Below, piece after piece: positions 50,596 to 58,985 of a DNA stretch of 64,000 nucleotides. Every line of letters starts with the position of its first letter. The stretch's first letter is position 1. This DNA comes from Gemmatimonadaceae bacterium (GTDB lineage: Bacteria > Gemmatimonadota > Gemmatimonadetes > Gemmatimonadales > Gemmatimonadaceae), in assembly GCA_036508915.1 (NCBI GenBank), contig DATCGM010000044.1, positions 1,096 to 65,095 on the forward strand, written 5' to 3'. The notes beneath the pieces are model-generated. The model saw nothing but the letters and a program-made list of their open reading frames with translations. It searched no databases and was not told where the DNA came from. A program made the position numbers and the translations under genes.

Positions 50596-51353
50596 CCTGG
50601 CTGCCCACCGACTGTCACGCTCACTCGACGCACTCCGACGGGTCGATGAGCGTGGCCGAGGTGGTCGCACGCGGCGCGGCGCTCGGCGTTCGCGTCACCG
50701 TGAGCGATCACATCTCGCGCGATGCGCCGACGACCGTGAGCTCCGTCGCCGCGGTCGAGGCCTATCTCGACGACCTGGAGCAATATGACGTGCTCCGCGG
50801 CGGAGAGTTCTGCTGGCACGATGCGCTCTGGCGAGAGCTGCCCGCGGAGATCGTTCGCCGGTTCACCCATCGCGTCGGCTCGCTGCATTCCATCCGGCTG
50901 AAGAACGGTTCGTACTTCCGGGTATTCTCGCAGTCGCTGCCCGCCGAACTCACCCCCGATGTCTACATCGAAGCGCACGTGGCCTCGCTCGAGACGCTCG
51001 CCCGCGAGATGCCCGTTGACATTCTGGCGCATCCCACGCTGATGCCGCCGCCGATGCGCACGATTCATCCGCATGACCTTTGGACCGAGGCGCACGAGGA
51101 GCGCTCGGTGCAGGCGCTCCTCGCCGGCGGACAGGCATTCGAGATCTCTGCGCGGTATCCGCCGCACGAGCGTCTCGTCCGTCGTGCTGCCGACGCTGGG
51201 GTTCGTCTCTCGCTCGGCTCCGACGGACATGCACGCGACCAGGTTGCGAACATCGTCGCGCCCCTCGCTCTCGCGCGAGCAGCCGGTGTGGCGGATGAGG
51301 CGTTGTACGAACCCGCGCGTCATGGATCGCGCACCGGCGCATTCGCGGCATGA
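50592..51353 (+). CDS. PHP-family metal-dependent phosphoesterase
   Basis: MTWLPTDCHAHSTHSDG (HxH...H PHP signature), VSDHI and LGSDGH. ATGA overlap with the PBP1A stop. The upstream part of track ORF 50238 is rejected. Confidence 0.7.
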   Translation: MTWLPTDCHAHSTHSDGSMSVAEVVARGAALGVRVTVSDHISRDAPTTVSSVAAVEAYLDDLEQYDVLRGGEFCWHDALWRELPAEIVRRFTHRVGSLHSIRLKNGSYFRVFSQSLPAELTPDVYIEAHVASLETLAREMPVDILAHPTLMPPPMRTIHPHDLWTEAHEERSVQALLAGGQAFEISARYPPHERLVRRAADAGVRLSLGSDGHARDQVANIVAPLALARAAGVADEALYEPARHGSRTGAFAA

Positions 51354-52684
51354 CGCGTTATCACGCGAGCTGGGTGCTCCCCATTGCATCGCCGCCACTG
51401 CGCAACGGTACGGTGGTGGAGCAGGAGGGGCGCATCGTCTACGTCGGGCCGCGGAAAGATGCCCCATCGGGCGGTGATGATATTGACCTCGGCGACGTGA
51501 TGCTCCTGCCAGGCCTCGTGAATGCACACTGTCACCTCGAGCTCACCGCGATGCGCGGTTTTCTCGACGGACTCGGCTTTCGCGAATGGATCGTCCGGCT
51601 GACCTCGGCCCGGCGCGCCGTGCTCACTCCCGAGATGCTGCTCGATGCAGCGCGGCTCGGGGTGGATGAAGGGCTGCAGTATGGAATCACGACCTTCGCC
51701 GACACCGGGGACACCGGCGCGGCCTTCGACGCGATGCTCGAGCGCGGCGCGCGAGGCATCTGTTACCGCGAAGTGTTCGGTCCCGACCCCGCCCAATGTG
51801 ACGAGGCCGTCGCCGCGCTCGGCGCAAAGGTCGCCGAGATGCAGGAACGCGCCACGTCGTTGGTCGGCGTCGGCGTCTCGCCACACGCGCCCTACACCGT
51901 GTCCGACGCGCTCTTCCGCGCCACCGCGTCCCTCGCTCGTCAGCGAGAACTGCCACTCGCCGTGCACATCGCCGAGAGCGAGGCCGAGAGCCAGTTGGTG
52001 GAGCAGGGACGTGGTGAGTTCGCCGAGGCATTGCGGGCTCGCGGCATCGATGTCTCGCGGCGCGCGCGCAGTCCAATCGCTCTCCTCGAGTCACTGGGCG
52101 TACTGAACGCACGAGCGCTCCTCATTCACTGCGTCCGCGTGGACGCGGATGACATCGGCGCGATCGCGCGGTATGACTGCTCAGTGGCTCACTGTCCGGC
52201 GTCGAACGCGAAGCTCGGCCATGGCATCGCTCCACTCGCGGCACTCGTCGCCGCAGGGGTTCGCGTCGGAGTTGGCACCGACTCGGTCGCGAGCAACGAC
52301 CGCATGGACCTGCTCGATGAAGCTCGTCTCGCGACGCTCTTTGCAACGGCGCGCGAAGGGCGGCACGACGCGCTCGCGGCCGAGCACGCGCTCGAACTCG
52401 CGACGCTCGGGGGCGCGCGGGCGCTCGGGCTCGCCGGTGAAATCGGCACGCTCGAGGTGGGAAAAGCCGCGGATATGGCGGCCTTTCCGATTCCCGCGCA
52501 TCGCGTTCCGATCCATGATCCCATTGCCGCGGCGGTCTATTCCCTGGCCGGGCTGCCGGCCACCTTCGTCGCCGTCGCGGGGCGGGTGCGAGTACGCGAT
52601 GGCCACCTCGTCGATGCGGATGCGGAGCTGCCGCGCCGTGTGCAGGCGAGCGCCGATCTGCTTCAGAGGTGGCTCGCCGGCTGA
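51350..52684 (+). CDS. Amidohydrolase-superfamily deaminase/chlorohydrolase-like protein (MtaD/SsnA-like)
   Basis: PGLVNAHCHLELT, AVHIAES, LIHCV and GTDS metal-ligand pattern. ATGA overlap with the PHP gene. Confidence 0.8.
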   Translation: MTRYHASWVLPIASPPLRNGTVVEQEGRIVYVGPRKDAPSGGDDIDLGDVMLLPGLVNAHCHLELTAMRGFLDGLGFREWIVRLTSARRAVLTPEMLLDAARLGVDEGLQYGITTFADTGDTGAAFDAMLERGARGICYREVFGPDPAQCDEAVAALGAKVAEMQERATSLVGVGVSPHAPYTVSDALFRATASLARQRELPLAVHIAESEAESQLVEQGRGEFAEALRARGIDVSRRARSPIALLESLGVLNARALLIHCVRVDADDIGAIARYDCSVAHCPASNAKLGHGIAPLAALVAAGVRVGVGTDSVASNDRMDLLDEARLATLFATAREGRHDALAAEHALELATLGGARALGLAGEIGTLEVGKAADMAAFPIPAHRVPIHDPIAAAVYSLAGLPATFVAVAGRVRVRDGHLVDADAELPRRVQASADLLQRWLAG

Positions 52685-52751
52685 CGCGGTCTCTTGTTCG
52701 CGCTCCGTCACGACCATAGCTTCAAAAGGTTAGATCGCGCCGGAGGGACGA

Positions 52752-53378
52752 TTGATCGTCGGATGTCTGGCACTGAACGCGTCGTTCGAGCCCCTGACCA
52801 TGGTCCCCATGCGTCGGGCGCTCCGGCTCGTGATCGATGGGAAGGCGGAGATCGTCGAGGCCGACATGGACCGCGTCGTCCGTTCCGAGCGTCTGACGAT
52901 GCCCCGTCCTGCCGTCATTCGGCTCACGAAGTTCATCCATGTGCCGCGACGCTTTCGGCGGCAAGTGACGAATACATTCCTTTTCGCGCGCGACCATTAC
53001 TGCTGCCAGTACTGTGGTCGCGCGGCGGTGGAGCTTCGTCCTCGTGAGGCACTGACGCGCGATCACGTGATACCGATCTCTCGCGGCGGAAAGAACGATT
53101 GGGGCAACGTCGTCACTGCCTGTTCTCCCTGCAACACGCGCAAGGGCAACCGGCTGCCGCACGAGATCGGGATGCATCCGCTCACGCATCCAGTCGAGCC
53201 GCACTTCGTGCATCTCTCGTGGGCGATTCGCCGGCTGACGCAAACGCAGGCGAAATACATCAAGACCTTCTACGGCGACGCGATTCTGCATCAACTCGAG
53301 GCGCTGGAGCATCGAGTGCATCCGCTCGCGCTCGGACAGGCGTACCACAATGTGACGATTGCTGAGGCAGCAGAGTAG
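52752..53378 (+). CDS. HNH endonuclease family protein
   Basis: CQYCGR...LTRDHVIPISRGGKNDWGNVVTACSPCNTRKGN. TTG start preceded by a GGAGGGA Shine-Dalgarno sequence. Confidence 0.85.
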   Translation: MIVGCLALNASFEPLTMVPMRRALRLVIDGKAEIVEADMDRVVRSERLTMPRPAVIRLTKFIHVPRRFRRQVTNTFLFARDHYCCQYCGRAAVELRPREALTRDHVIPISRGGKNDWGNVVTACSPCNTRKGNRLPHEIGMHPLTHPVEPHFVHLSWAIRRLTQTQAKYIKTFYGDAILHQLEALEHRVHPLALGQAYHNVTIAEAAE

Positions 53379-53447
53379 CTGCCTTTCTCTTGGAGTACCA
53401 CTGAACAGTGAACAGTGGGAGAGTTTTCCGGCAGTTTTTAGTTGAAG

Positions 53448-53708
53448 TTCTTCAGTTATGCGATGGTCGCAGATCGCTGTGGTGTAACAACACTCTCTGA
53501 CGGGGCCATTGGGAAACGAACGGCGGAACTGACGACACCCCCCGACTTCGCCGTAACTCTCGGCTCGGCACATTCTGATTTGGCCGTAGGAAACGGAACG
53601 GCGGACCTGACCATATCGTCGGACTCGCTGTGTCGTATCGAACGTGCTCAGCGCAGGGATGCCGTTACTCCATTGGGATCTGCGAGAGGCTCACAACTCG
53701 AAAACTTC
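53448..53708. repeat. ~260-bp non-coding insert splitting the left IS end (MITE-like), with an internal ~30-bp direct repeat
   Basis: Ends GTTCTTCAGTTATGCG and CACAACTCGAAAAC are imperfectly inverted (about 11/16). Flanking TTGAA/TTCAA could be a degenerate target duplication. Internal repeats are GGAAACGAACGGCGGAACTGAC (53512-53533) and GGAAACGGAACGGCGGACCTGAC (53589-53611). Confidence 0.35.
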
Positions 53709-53738
53709 AACCCTAATCCTGCGTGAGAATTGCGGTTT

Positions 53739-55076
53739 TCAGACCTTCAAGCGATCGATCTTTGCGAGCGCATAAGCCCAGTCGGCGGCGAGGCCCGCGT
53801 CCGAAATCCACAGGTGTGGATGCCGACCACTTCGGGTCAGGTACGCTGGCATGTTGAGCACATCCTCACGTAGTCGCTGCAACCGAGTCGTCGCGAACCG
53901 CTCCGGAAGGCAGATGAGCTGAAACCATCGGACGCAGTTGTACGCTAAGAACAGGAGATGCAGGTGGGCTTCGTTCGCGGCATACTGCCCGGTGGGGATA
54001 CTGCCCAGCGCATACTCGCCTTTGAGTTCCCGAATCAGTTGCTCGATGCGTGCGCGTTGGTTGTAAAACCGCCACACGCGGAGCGGGCGCCACGGCAGAT
54101 TCGTCACCAGGACCTGGTAGTAGTAGCGCTGGAAGTGCCACATCGTCAGTTGCTCGTCCTCGTCCTCGGGTTGCTCCCGCCGGATGACCACGAAGCGACG
54201 CGGTGCCGCCCACCCGTGCGGTTGATAGCGAAACTCGGCCGTGCTGACGCCGGCCCGGTGCTCGGCATAGCGCAACGGGCCGGCCAGGGTGCGTTTGATC
54301 GGCGCGGTCAGCTTGGCCACCACGACAAACTCCACGCGCTGATCGGCGAGCCACTCGATGATGGCATGGTCATAGAAGCCTTTGTCGGCGCGGGCAAAGA
54401 TCGGTTTCCCGTGGTCGGCGGCCGGGATCTTCGCCAGACACGCCGTCAGCAGATCGAGCGTGCCGCTGGCCGTGTGGGCGCGGCCGGGGCGGAATTCGCC
54501 CTCCCAGTATTCTTGCCACGTGCCCTCGAAACAGAGGAGCGGGTGATACGAGCGGCGCCCGCGTTTCGCCGGGTTGTACCCCACTTCCGCCCCTTCTTGC
54601 TGGCCGTAGACCACCAGCACTGTCGAGTCGAGATCGAACACGAAGCGCCGGCGTTCGAGCTGCGCCGAGAGGCGCGCGCGCATCGCATCGTGCATGGCGC
54701 GTAATTGCGGCACCAGCTGCGGCGCCGTGCGGACCAAGAAGCGGCGCATCGTCGTCGCATCGGGGTAGTGCGACAACCCGGTGAGATACTGGAACACGCC
54801 GTTGGTCCGCAGCAGGCGAGTCATCTCCAACCGTTTGAGGCCTAAGATGATCGGATACAGCAGCGCGAGCACCAGCTCGCCGATCGAATAGCGGGTTGCG
54901 CGGTGGCCCAGATGCAGGTCGTGCGCGAACGCTCGCTTCAAGCCAATGACGCTGAAGAAGCGATGCAGCAGATAGACGCCCCCATAGCGCGTAAGGGCGT
55001 CGGGCCGAGCAGCAAACGTCAACGTACGTGGGCCTTTTGGCATCAGAATGAACTTCACCTCTGGGGTGAAGTTCAT
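53739..55076 (-). CDS. IS1380-family DDE transposase
   Basis: 445 aa. Carries LTRYGGVYLLHRFF and GYNPAKRGRRSYHPLLCF, blocks I associate with IS1380-type transposases. Confidence 0.85.
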   Translation of the reverse strand: MNFTPEVKFILMPKGPRTLTFAARPDALTRYGGVYLLHRFFSVIGLKRAFAHDLHLGHRATRYSIGELVLALLYPIILGLKRLEMTRLLRTNGVFQYLTGLSHYPDATTMRRFLVRTAPQLVPQLRAMHDAMRARLSAQLERRRFVFDLDSTVLVVYGQQEGAEVGYNPAKRGRRSYHPLLCFEGTWQEYWEGEFRPGRAHTASGTLDLLTACLAKIPAADHGKPIFARADKGFYDHAIIEWLADQRVEFVVVAKLTAPIKRTLAGPLRYAEHRAGVSTAEFRYQPHGWAAPRRFVVIRREQPEDEDEQLTMWHFQRYYYQVLVTNLPWRPLRVWRFYNQRARIEQLIRELKGEYALGSIPTGQYAANEAHLHLLFLAYNCVRWFQLICLPERFATTRLQRLREDVLNMPAYLTRSGRHPHLWISDAGLAADWAYALAKIDRLKV

Positions 55077-55080
55077 TCTG
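55044..55080 (-). promoter_or_regulatory. Perfect 16-bp stem-loop enclosing the transposase start codon
   Basis: CAGAATGAACTTCACC (55044-55059) and GGTGAAGTTCATTCTG (55065-55080) are exact reverse complements. On the mRNA the AUG at 55076 lies inside the stem, and a second in-frame AUG follows at codon 12. Confidence 0.6.
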
Positions 55081-55225
55081 GGCCGCCTAAACCGCTACCC
55101 GCATCAATTCCCCCTCAGCCGCGCTGGGCATGTAAGCGGCGAATCAGCCAAACTCACGCATGATTAGGGTTCAACTAACAACTGCTCGAGAACTCTCCCA
55201 CTCATCACTCTCAACGTCAACGCGA

Positions 55226-55858
55226 CTATTTCTCGGCGATGAATACCCCGCTCCTTGCCGTGTAATGATGTCTCTCCCCCCCCAACATCCTGAGCATCAG
55301 CGTTCGCAATCCATTCCCCACTGCTGACGCCGCCGTTCCGCTTTTTGCTCCGCGCAGCCATCGCTCGAGCTGGTCCAGATCGCTGACCGACAACGCCTCG
55401 ATATCCATCGCGATCGTGTAGTAGTACCGCACGCCATCCCGTTCCGGGTTGAGCGTCGTGCGCGACGGACGCTCGAGCACGGTCTGCGCCGTCGCGAGCG
55501 TTGCGAAGCTTCCGAGATCCTCGTGCTGTCCTGCCTGGCGCCGCACCACGCGATAGCGCTGCGCCGTCGGATCGTACTGGACGATCAGATCCCAATCGAA
55601 TCGTCCTTCGAGATCGTCGAACAACCCGCCGGCGCGCCAGAGTTCGAGTCGAAAGTGCAGCGACGCCGGAAATCCGCTGCGCACGAGATCGCGAATGTTC
55701 GGCTCGGCGAACAGGTTCGTCGCGCTCACGGTCGCGCCAATCCCCCCGCTGGCTGGAGGGGCGATCCCGAGCGTCGGGCGTCGCTGCGCCGCGAGCGGTG
55801 ACGCGACGAGGAACGACAGGCCGAGCAGGAGCGCGAGCGCGCGTCCGGGCAGCGTCAT
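55226..55858 (-). CDS. DUF4390-like secreted protein
   Basis: Signal peptide MTLPGRALALLLGLSFLVASPLAAQ. FRLELWRAGGLFDDLEGRFDWDLIVQYDPTAQRYRVV resembles DUF4390 proteins found beside NtrY/NtrX-type systems. The family assignment is from memory. Confidence 0.55.
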   Translation of the reverse strand: MTLPGRALALLLGLSFLVASPLAAQRRPTLGIAPPASGGIGATVSATNLFAEPNIRDLVRSGFPASLHFRLELWRAGGLFDDLEGRFDWDLIVQYDPTAQRYRVVRRQAGQHEDLGSFATLATAQTVLERPSRTTLNPERDGVRYYYTIAMDIEALSVSDLDQLERWLRGAKSGTAASAVGNGLRTLMLRMLGGERHHYTARSGVFIAEK

Positions 55859-55861
55859 CGG

Positions 55862-57598
55862 TTAGAAGCGGTGCCGAACGCGAAGAAAAATGTTGAGCGG
55901 CTCCTTCGGCGCCGAGAGAGCTTTCGCCAGATAGATCCCGAATTGATCGAAGTCGAGCCCGCCGCCGATGTCGGTGCGATACGACGACAGCGGAGGCAGT
56001 TCACTCCGCCTGTAGTTTAGCGGGCTTCCCGGTGCATTCACCAACCATCCGCGGCCAGCGTCAGCGAAAAACACCCACGCGCCGTCGGCGCGGAAACGCG
56101 TGCGGCGCGAGCGAGCGTCGCCATCGCTGAACGAAAGCCGGATGTCGCTGCGATACTCGAGCTGCGCCAGCGAGATCCGATCGCACTGCGCCGGACGTGC
56201 CGGCAGAGGGATGCCGGTCGCGCACGTGCCCACATCGGTCCCACCGATGACGCGAAAGTCGAAGCCCGGAACCGTTCCCGGTCCGTCGATGGAGAGCCGG
56301 CGCTGCAAGGGAAGCGCGTCACCGCTCAGCCATCCGCCGAGCACGAGTCGCAGATTCAGGGCGGAGGTTGGCGCAAGCCGATTGTAGCGCCGCAGATCCA
56401 TGAATCCACGCTGGTAGCGCGTCGGCCCCGACGACCAAGAGCGCACTCCCGCCGAAGTCGGCGCAAGCGCGTCGATCAGGCCGGTGCCGCGCTCGTAGTC
56501 GGCGAGCAGATACCAACCGGCCCACGGATTGAAATCGTCGTTTCTCGTGTCGATGCGCAGCGTCAGGTTCGCGACGTGAAAGCGACCCTCGTCCACCTGC
56601 GGGTTGATGCGCCACGGCAGATCATTCTTGAAGAGCGTGAACGGATCGTGCGCATCGCGCGAGCTCCAGCGCTCGTCGCCGTAGCTGACGGTCAGATCGG
56701 CGTTGTCCGTCGCACGCAGCGCGGCATGCACTTGGCCGCCATGCCGTCCGTAGTAGTCGCGGTAGTCGCGATGAAAGAGAAAAGAGGCAAGCCCCACTTC
56801 GAGGTCGCTGAGCTGCCACTGCTCCACGCCATCCACGATATCGAACAGCCGGCCGCCCAGCGTGGCCCCATACTGTCGTCCAACGCGAATCTCTCCGTGC
56901 ACATCGTGCCCGACATCCGGCGCAGACCCGGAAAAGCTGCTCGCCGTGCGAAGGATTACGGTCGCGTCGAGCCGCAGATGGCCCCAGCCCTGATCGCGAT
57001 ACAGCACCGGTCCGACGCGCACGGGGAATCCTTCGACGCGATTGTAGACGCCGGCGATCGCGACGTCGAGGCGGTTGAAGTTGCGACGCCCGCGACGCTC
57101 GAATCGGTGCCACCACTGGTCATCGGTGGCACCTTCGAGCTGCGCAACGAGCTGATCGCCTTCCTGCGTGTAGCGGAGGGGCGGATGATAGACGCGAATC
57201 TCTCCACCGATCGACGCGCCCTCCGCGCCATCCACCTCGCCGCCGACGACGAGCAGATCGCCGTCGATGCGCGCGCCTTTGCGCAGCAGGACGTCGGCGT
57301 TGATCGCCAGCACGCGTCCCGTGACATGGCCGGCAATGGTCACGGGACCATTCAGCACGGCGACATCCCCCGTCACCGTGCGCCCGCTCTCGATCTCGAG
57401 CGCATCGGTCGCCCGCAGCGCGACGGCCGCGTTGAACAGCGCTACCACCTCGCGCGCGACGTCGCGCGGTAGCGTGTTGCGATCGGGTACGCTGTCGCGT
57501 TGCTGCGCTCCGGCGAGCGTGGAGCATGACGCGACGAGGCTCAGCGCCGCCAAAAAGCGCATCGCATGCGCGACCACCCGTGACGGAGTGCTGTTCAT
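55862..57598 (-). CDS. Outer-membrane protein: N-terminal bactofilin-like repeat region fused to an Omp85/surface-antigen-type beta-barrel
   Basis: Signal peptide, then a beta-helix-like repeat (GDVAVLNGPVTIAGHVTGRVLAINADVLLRKGARIDGDLLVVGGEVDGAEGASIGGEIRVY). The C-terminal barrel ends in ...NIFLRVRHRF (terminal Phe). ATGA overlap with the regulator gene. Confidence 0.7.
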   Translation of the reverse strand: MNSTPSRVVAHAMRFLAALSLVASCSTLAGAQQRDSVPDRNTLPRDVAREVVALFNAAVALRATDALEIESGRTVTGDVAVLNGPVTIAGHVTGRVLAINADVLLRKGARIDGDLLVVGGEVDGAEGASIGGEIRVYHPPLRYTQEGDQLVAQLEGATDDQWWHRFERRGRRNFNRLDVAIAGVYNRVEGFPVRVGPVLYRDQGWGHLRLDATVILRTASSFSGSAPDVGHDVHGEIRVGRQYGATLGGRLFDIVDGVEQWQLSDLEVGLASFLFHRDYRDYYGRHGGQVHAALRATDNADLTVSYGDERWSSRDAHDPFTLFKNDLPWRINPQVDEGRFHVANLTLRIDTRNDDFNPWAGWYLLADYERGTGLIDALAPTSAGVRSWSSGPTRYQRGFMDLRRYNRLAPTSALNLRLVLGGWLSGDALPLQRRLSIDGPGTVPGFDFRVIGGTDVGTCATGIPLPARPAQCDRISLAQLEYRSDIRLSFSDGDARSRRTRFRADGAWVFFADAGRGWLVNAPGSPLNYRRSELPPLSSYRTDIGGGLDFDQFGIYLAKALSAPKEPLNIFLRVRHRF

Positions 57599-58974
57599 TC
57601 ATCACCTACCGGGATGCCCAGTCGCCGCATTCGCCTGTACAGGTTCGCTCGATCCGTCTTCAATCGCCGCGACGCCTCGGCCACGTTTCCCGCGGCAGCC
57701 GACAAGGCGCGCACGATCAGAATCCGCTCGTGTGCGTCGAGCGTGTCGCTCAGCGATTGGTCGAGTGCCGTCGGGTCGGGCAGCGGCTCCTCCACGCGGC
57801 GCGCGCTGCCGGCGACCGGCAGCACCGCGAGCACGTGGCGCTCGTCCACGTCGCCGCCAGCATGCAGAATCGCCAGCCGCTCCACGATGTTCGCGAGCTC
57901 GCGAATGTTTCCAGGCCAGCGATGGCCAGCGAGAATCGCGAGCGCGGCGGCGGTCCAGTTCGGTGCGCGCCGGCCCGTGCGCGCATGATGCATCGCCGAG
58001 AAGTGTGCGACGAGCGCGGGAATGTCGTCCGGCCGCTCGTGCAGCGGCGGCACGTCAATCGGGATGACATTCAGACGGAAAAATAGATCCTCGCGAAATG
58101 TGCCATCGGCCACGGCGCGCGCGAGATCGCGGTTCGTCGCGCTCACGATGCGCACGTCGACGCGTATCGCCTTGCCTCCGCCCACCCGCTCGATCTCGCG
58201 CGCCTCGATCGCGCGCAGCAGCTTGGACTGCGCCTCGAGCCCGAGGTCGCCAACCTCATCGAGAAAGAGCGTCCCCGTGTGTGCGAGCTCGAAGCGGCCG
58301 ATGCGGCGATCTGTCGCGCCGGTGAACGCGCCCTTCTCGTGCCCGAACATCTCGCTCTCCACGAGATCGCGCGGAATCGCCGCGCAATTCACGCGCACGA
58401 AGGGCCGCTCGCGCCGGGCACTGCCGAAGTGAATCGCCGCGGCGACGAGCTCCTTGCCCGTGCCCGATTCGCCGGTGACGAGCACACGCGCATCGGTCGG
58501 TGCGATCCGCGCGATCATCTCCCGCACGCGCGCCATCGCCGGGCTGCCGCCGATCATCTCTCCGGCTAGCCCGAGATCCTCGCGTAGCGCGCGTGCCTCG
58601 CGGCGCACGCGCCGCAGCTCGAGCGCGGACGCGAGCGCGAGCAGCACGCCTTCGGGAGAGAGTGGCTTCTCGAGGAAGTTGAAGGCGCCGAGCTTCGTCG
58701 CCTTGACCGCGTCGCTCAACCCCGCCTTTCCGCTCATCATGATCACCGGCACATCGGGTGCCGACTCGCGCAGCCGCGCGAGCGTCGCCAGTCCATCGAG
58801 CTCGCCGGGAATCATCAGATCGAGTAGCACGACGTCGGGCGCGCTTTCCGCCGCGCGCGCAAGCCCGGCCGCGCCCTCGGCGGCGTCGCGCACTTCGTAG
58901 CCTTCGCTGGCGAGCAGCGCGCCCACCATGCGACGGATATTGGGCTCGTCGTCGACGATCAGAACGCTCGACAT
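57595..58974 (-). CDS. Sigma-54-dependent response regulator (NtrC/NtrX-like) with an intact GAFTGA motif
   Basis: REC (VLIVDDEP...VVLLDLMIPG), Walker A GESGTGKE, EMFGHEKGAFTGA, WPGNIRELAN and a C-terminal HTH. Confidence 0.9.
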   Translation of the reverse strand: MSSVLIVDDEPNIRRMVGALLASEGYEVRDAAEGAAGLARAAESAPDVVLLDLMIPGELDGLATLARLRESAPDVPVIMMSGKAGLSDAVKATKLGAFNFLEKPLSPEGVLLALASALELRRVRREARALREDLGLAGEMIGGSPAMARVREMIARIAPTDARVLVTGESGTGKELVAAAIHFGSARRERPFVRVNCAAIPRDLVESEMFGHEKGAFTGATDRRIGRFELAHTGTLFLDEVGDLGLEAQSKLLRAIEAREIERVGGGKAIRVDVRIVSATNRDLARAVADGTFREDLFFRLNVIPIDVPPLHERPDDIPALVAHFSAMHHARTGRRAPNWTAAALAILAGHRWPGNIRELANIVERLAILHAGGDVDERHVLAVLPVAGSARRVEEPLPDPTALDQSLSDTLDAHERILIVRALSAAAGNVAEASRRLKTDRANLYRRMRRLGIPVGDE

Positions 58975-58985
58975 GGATCGCCTAC

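Larger units (their letters stand above)
53402..55212 (-). mobile_element. IS1380-family insertion sequence, outer boundaries, with a composite right end and an apparently interrupted left end
   Basis: The right end (55153-55212) matches, in reverse complement, two separated left blocks: an outer block (53402-53447) and an inner block (53709-53727, 18/19 identical). The core IS between the inner repeats is about 1.46 kb. No convincing direct repeats were found. Confidence 0.65.

Noticed and set aside
53442-53726. 94-aa ORF inside the insert at the left IS end
   Set aside because: Its apparent repeats (IGKRTAELT / VGNGTADLT) simply reflect the DNA direct repeat. It has no start context or motif, and its composition is atypical of genes here.
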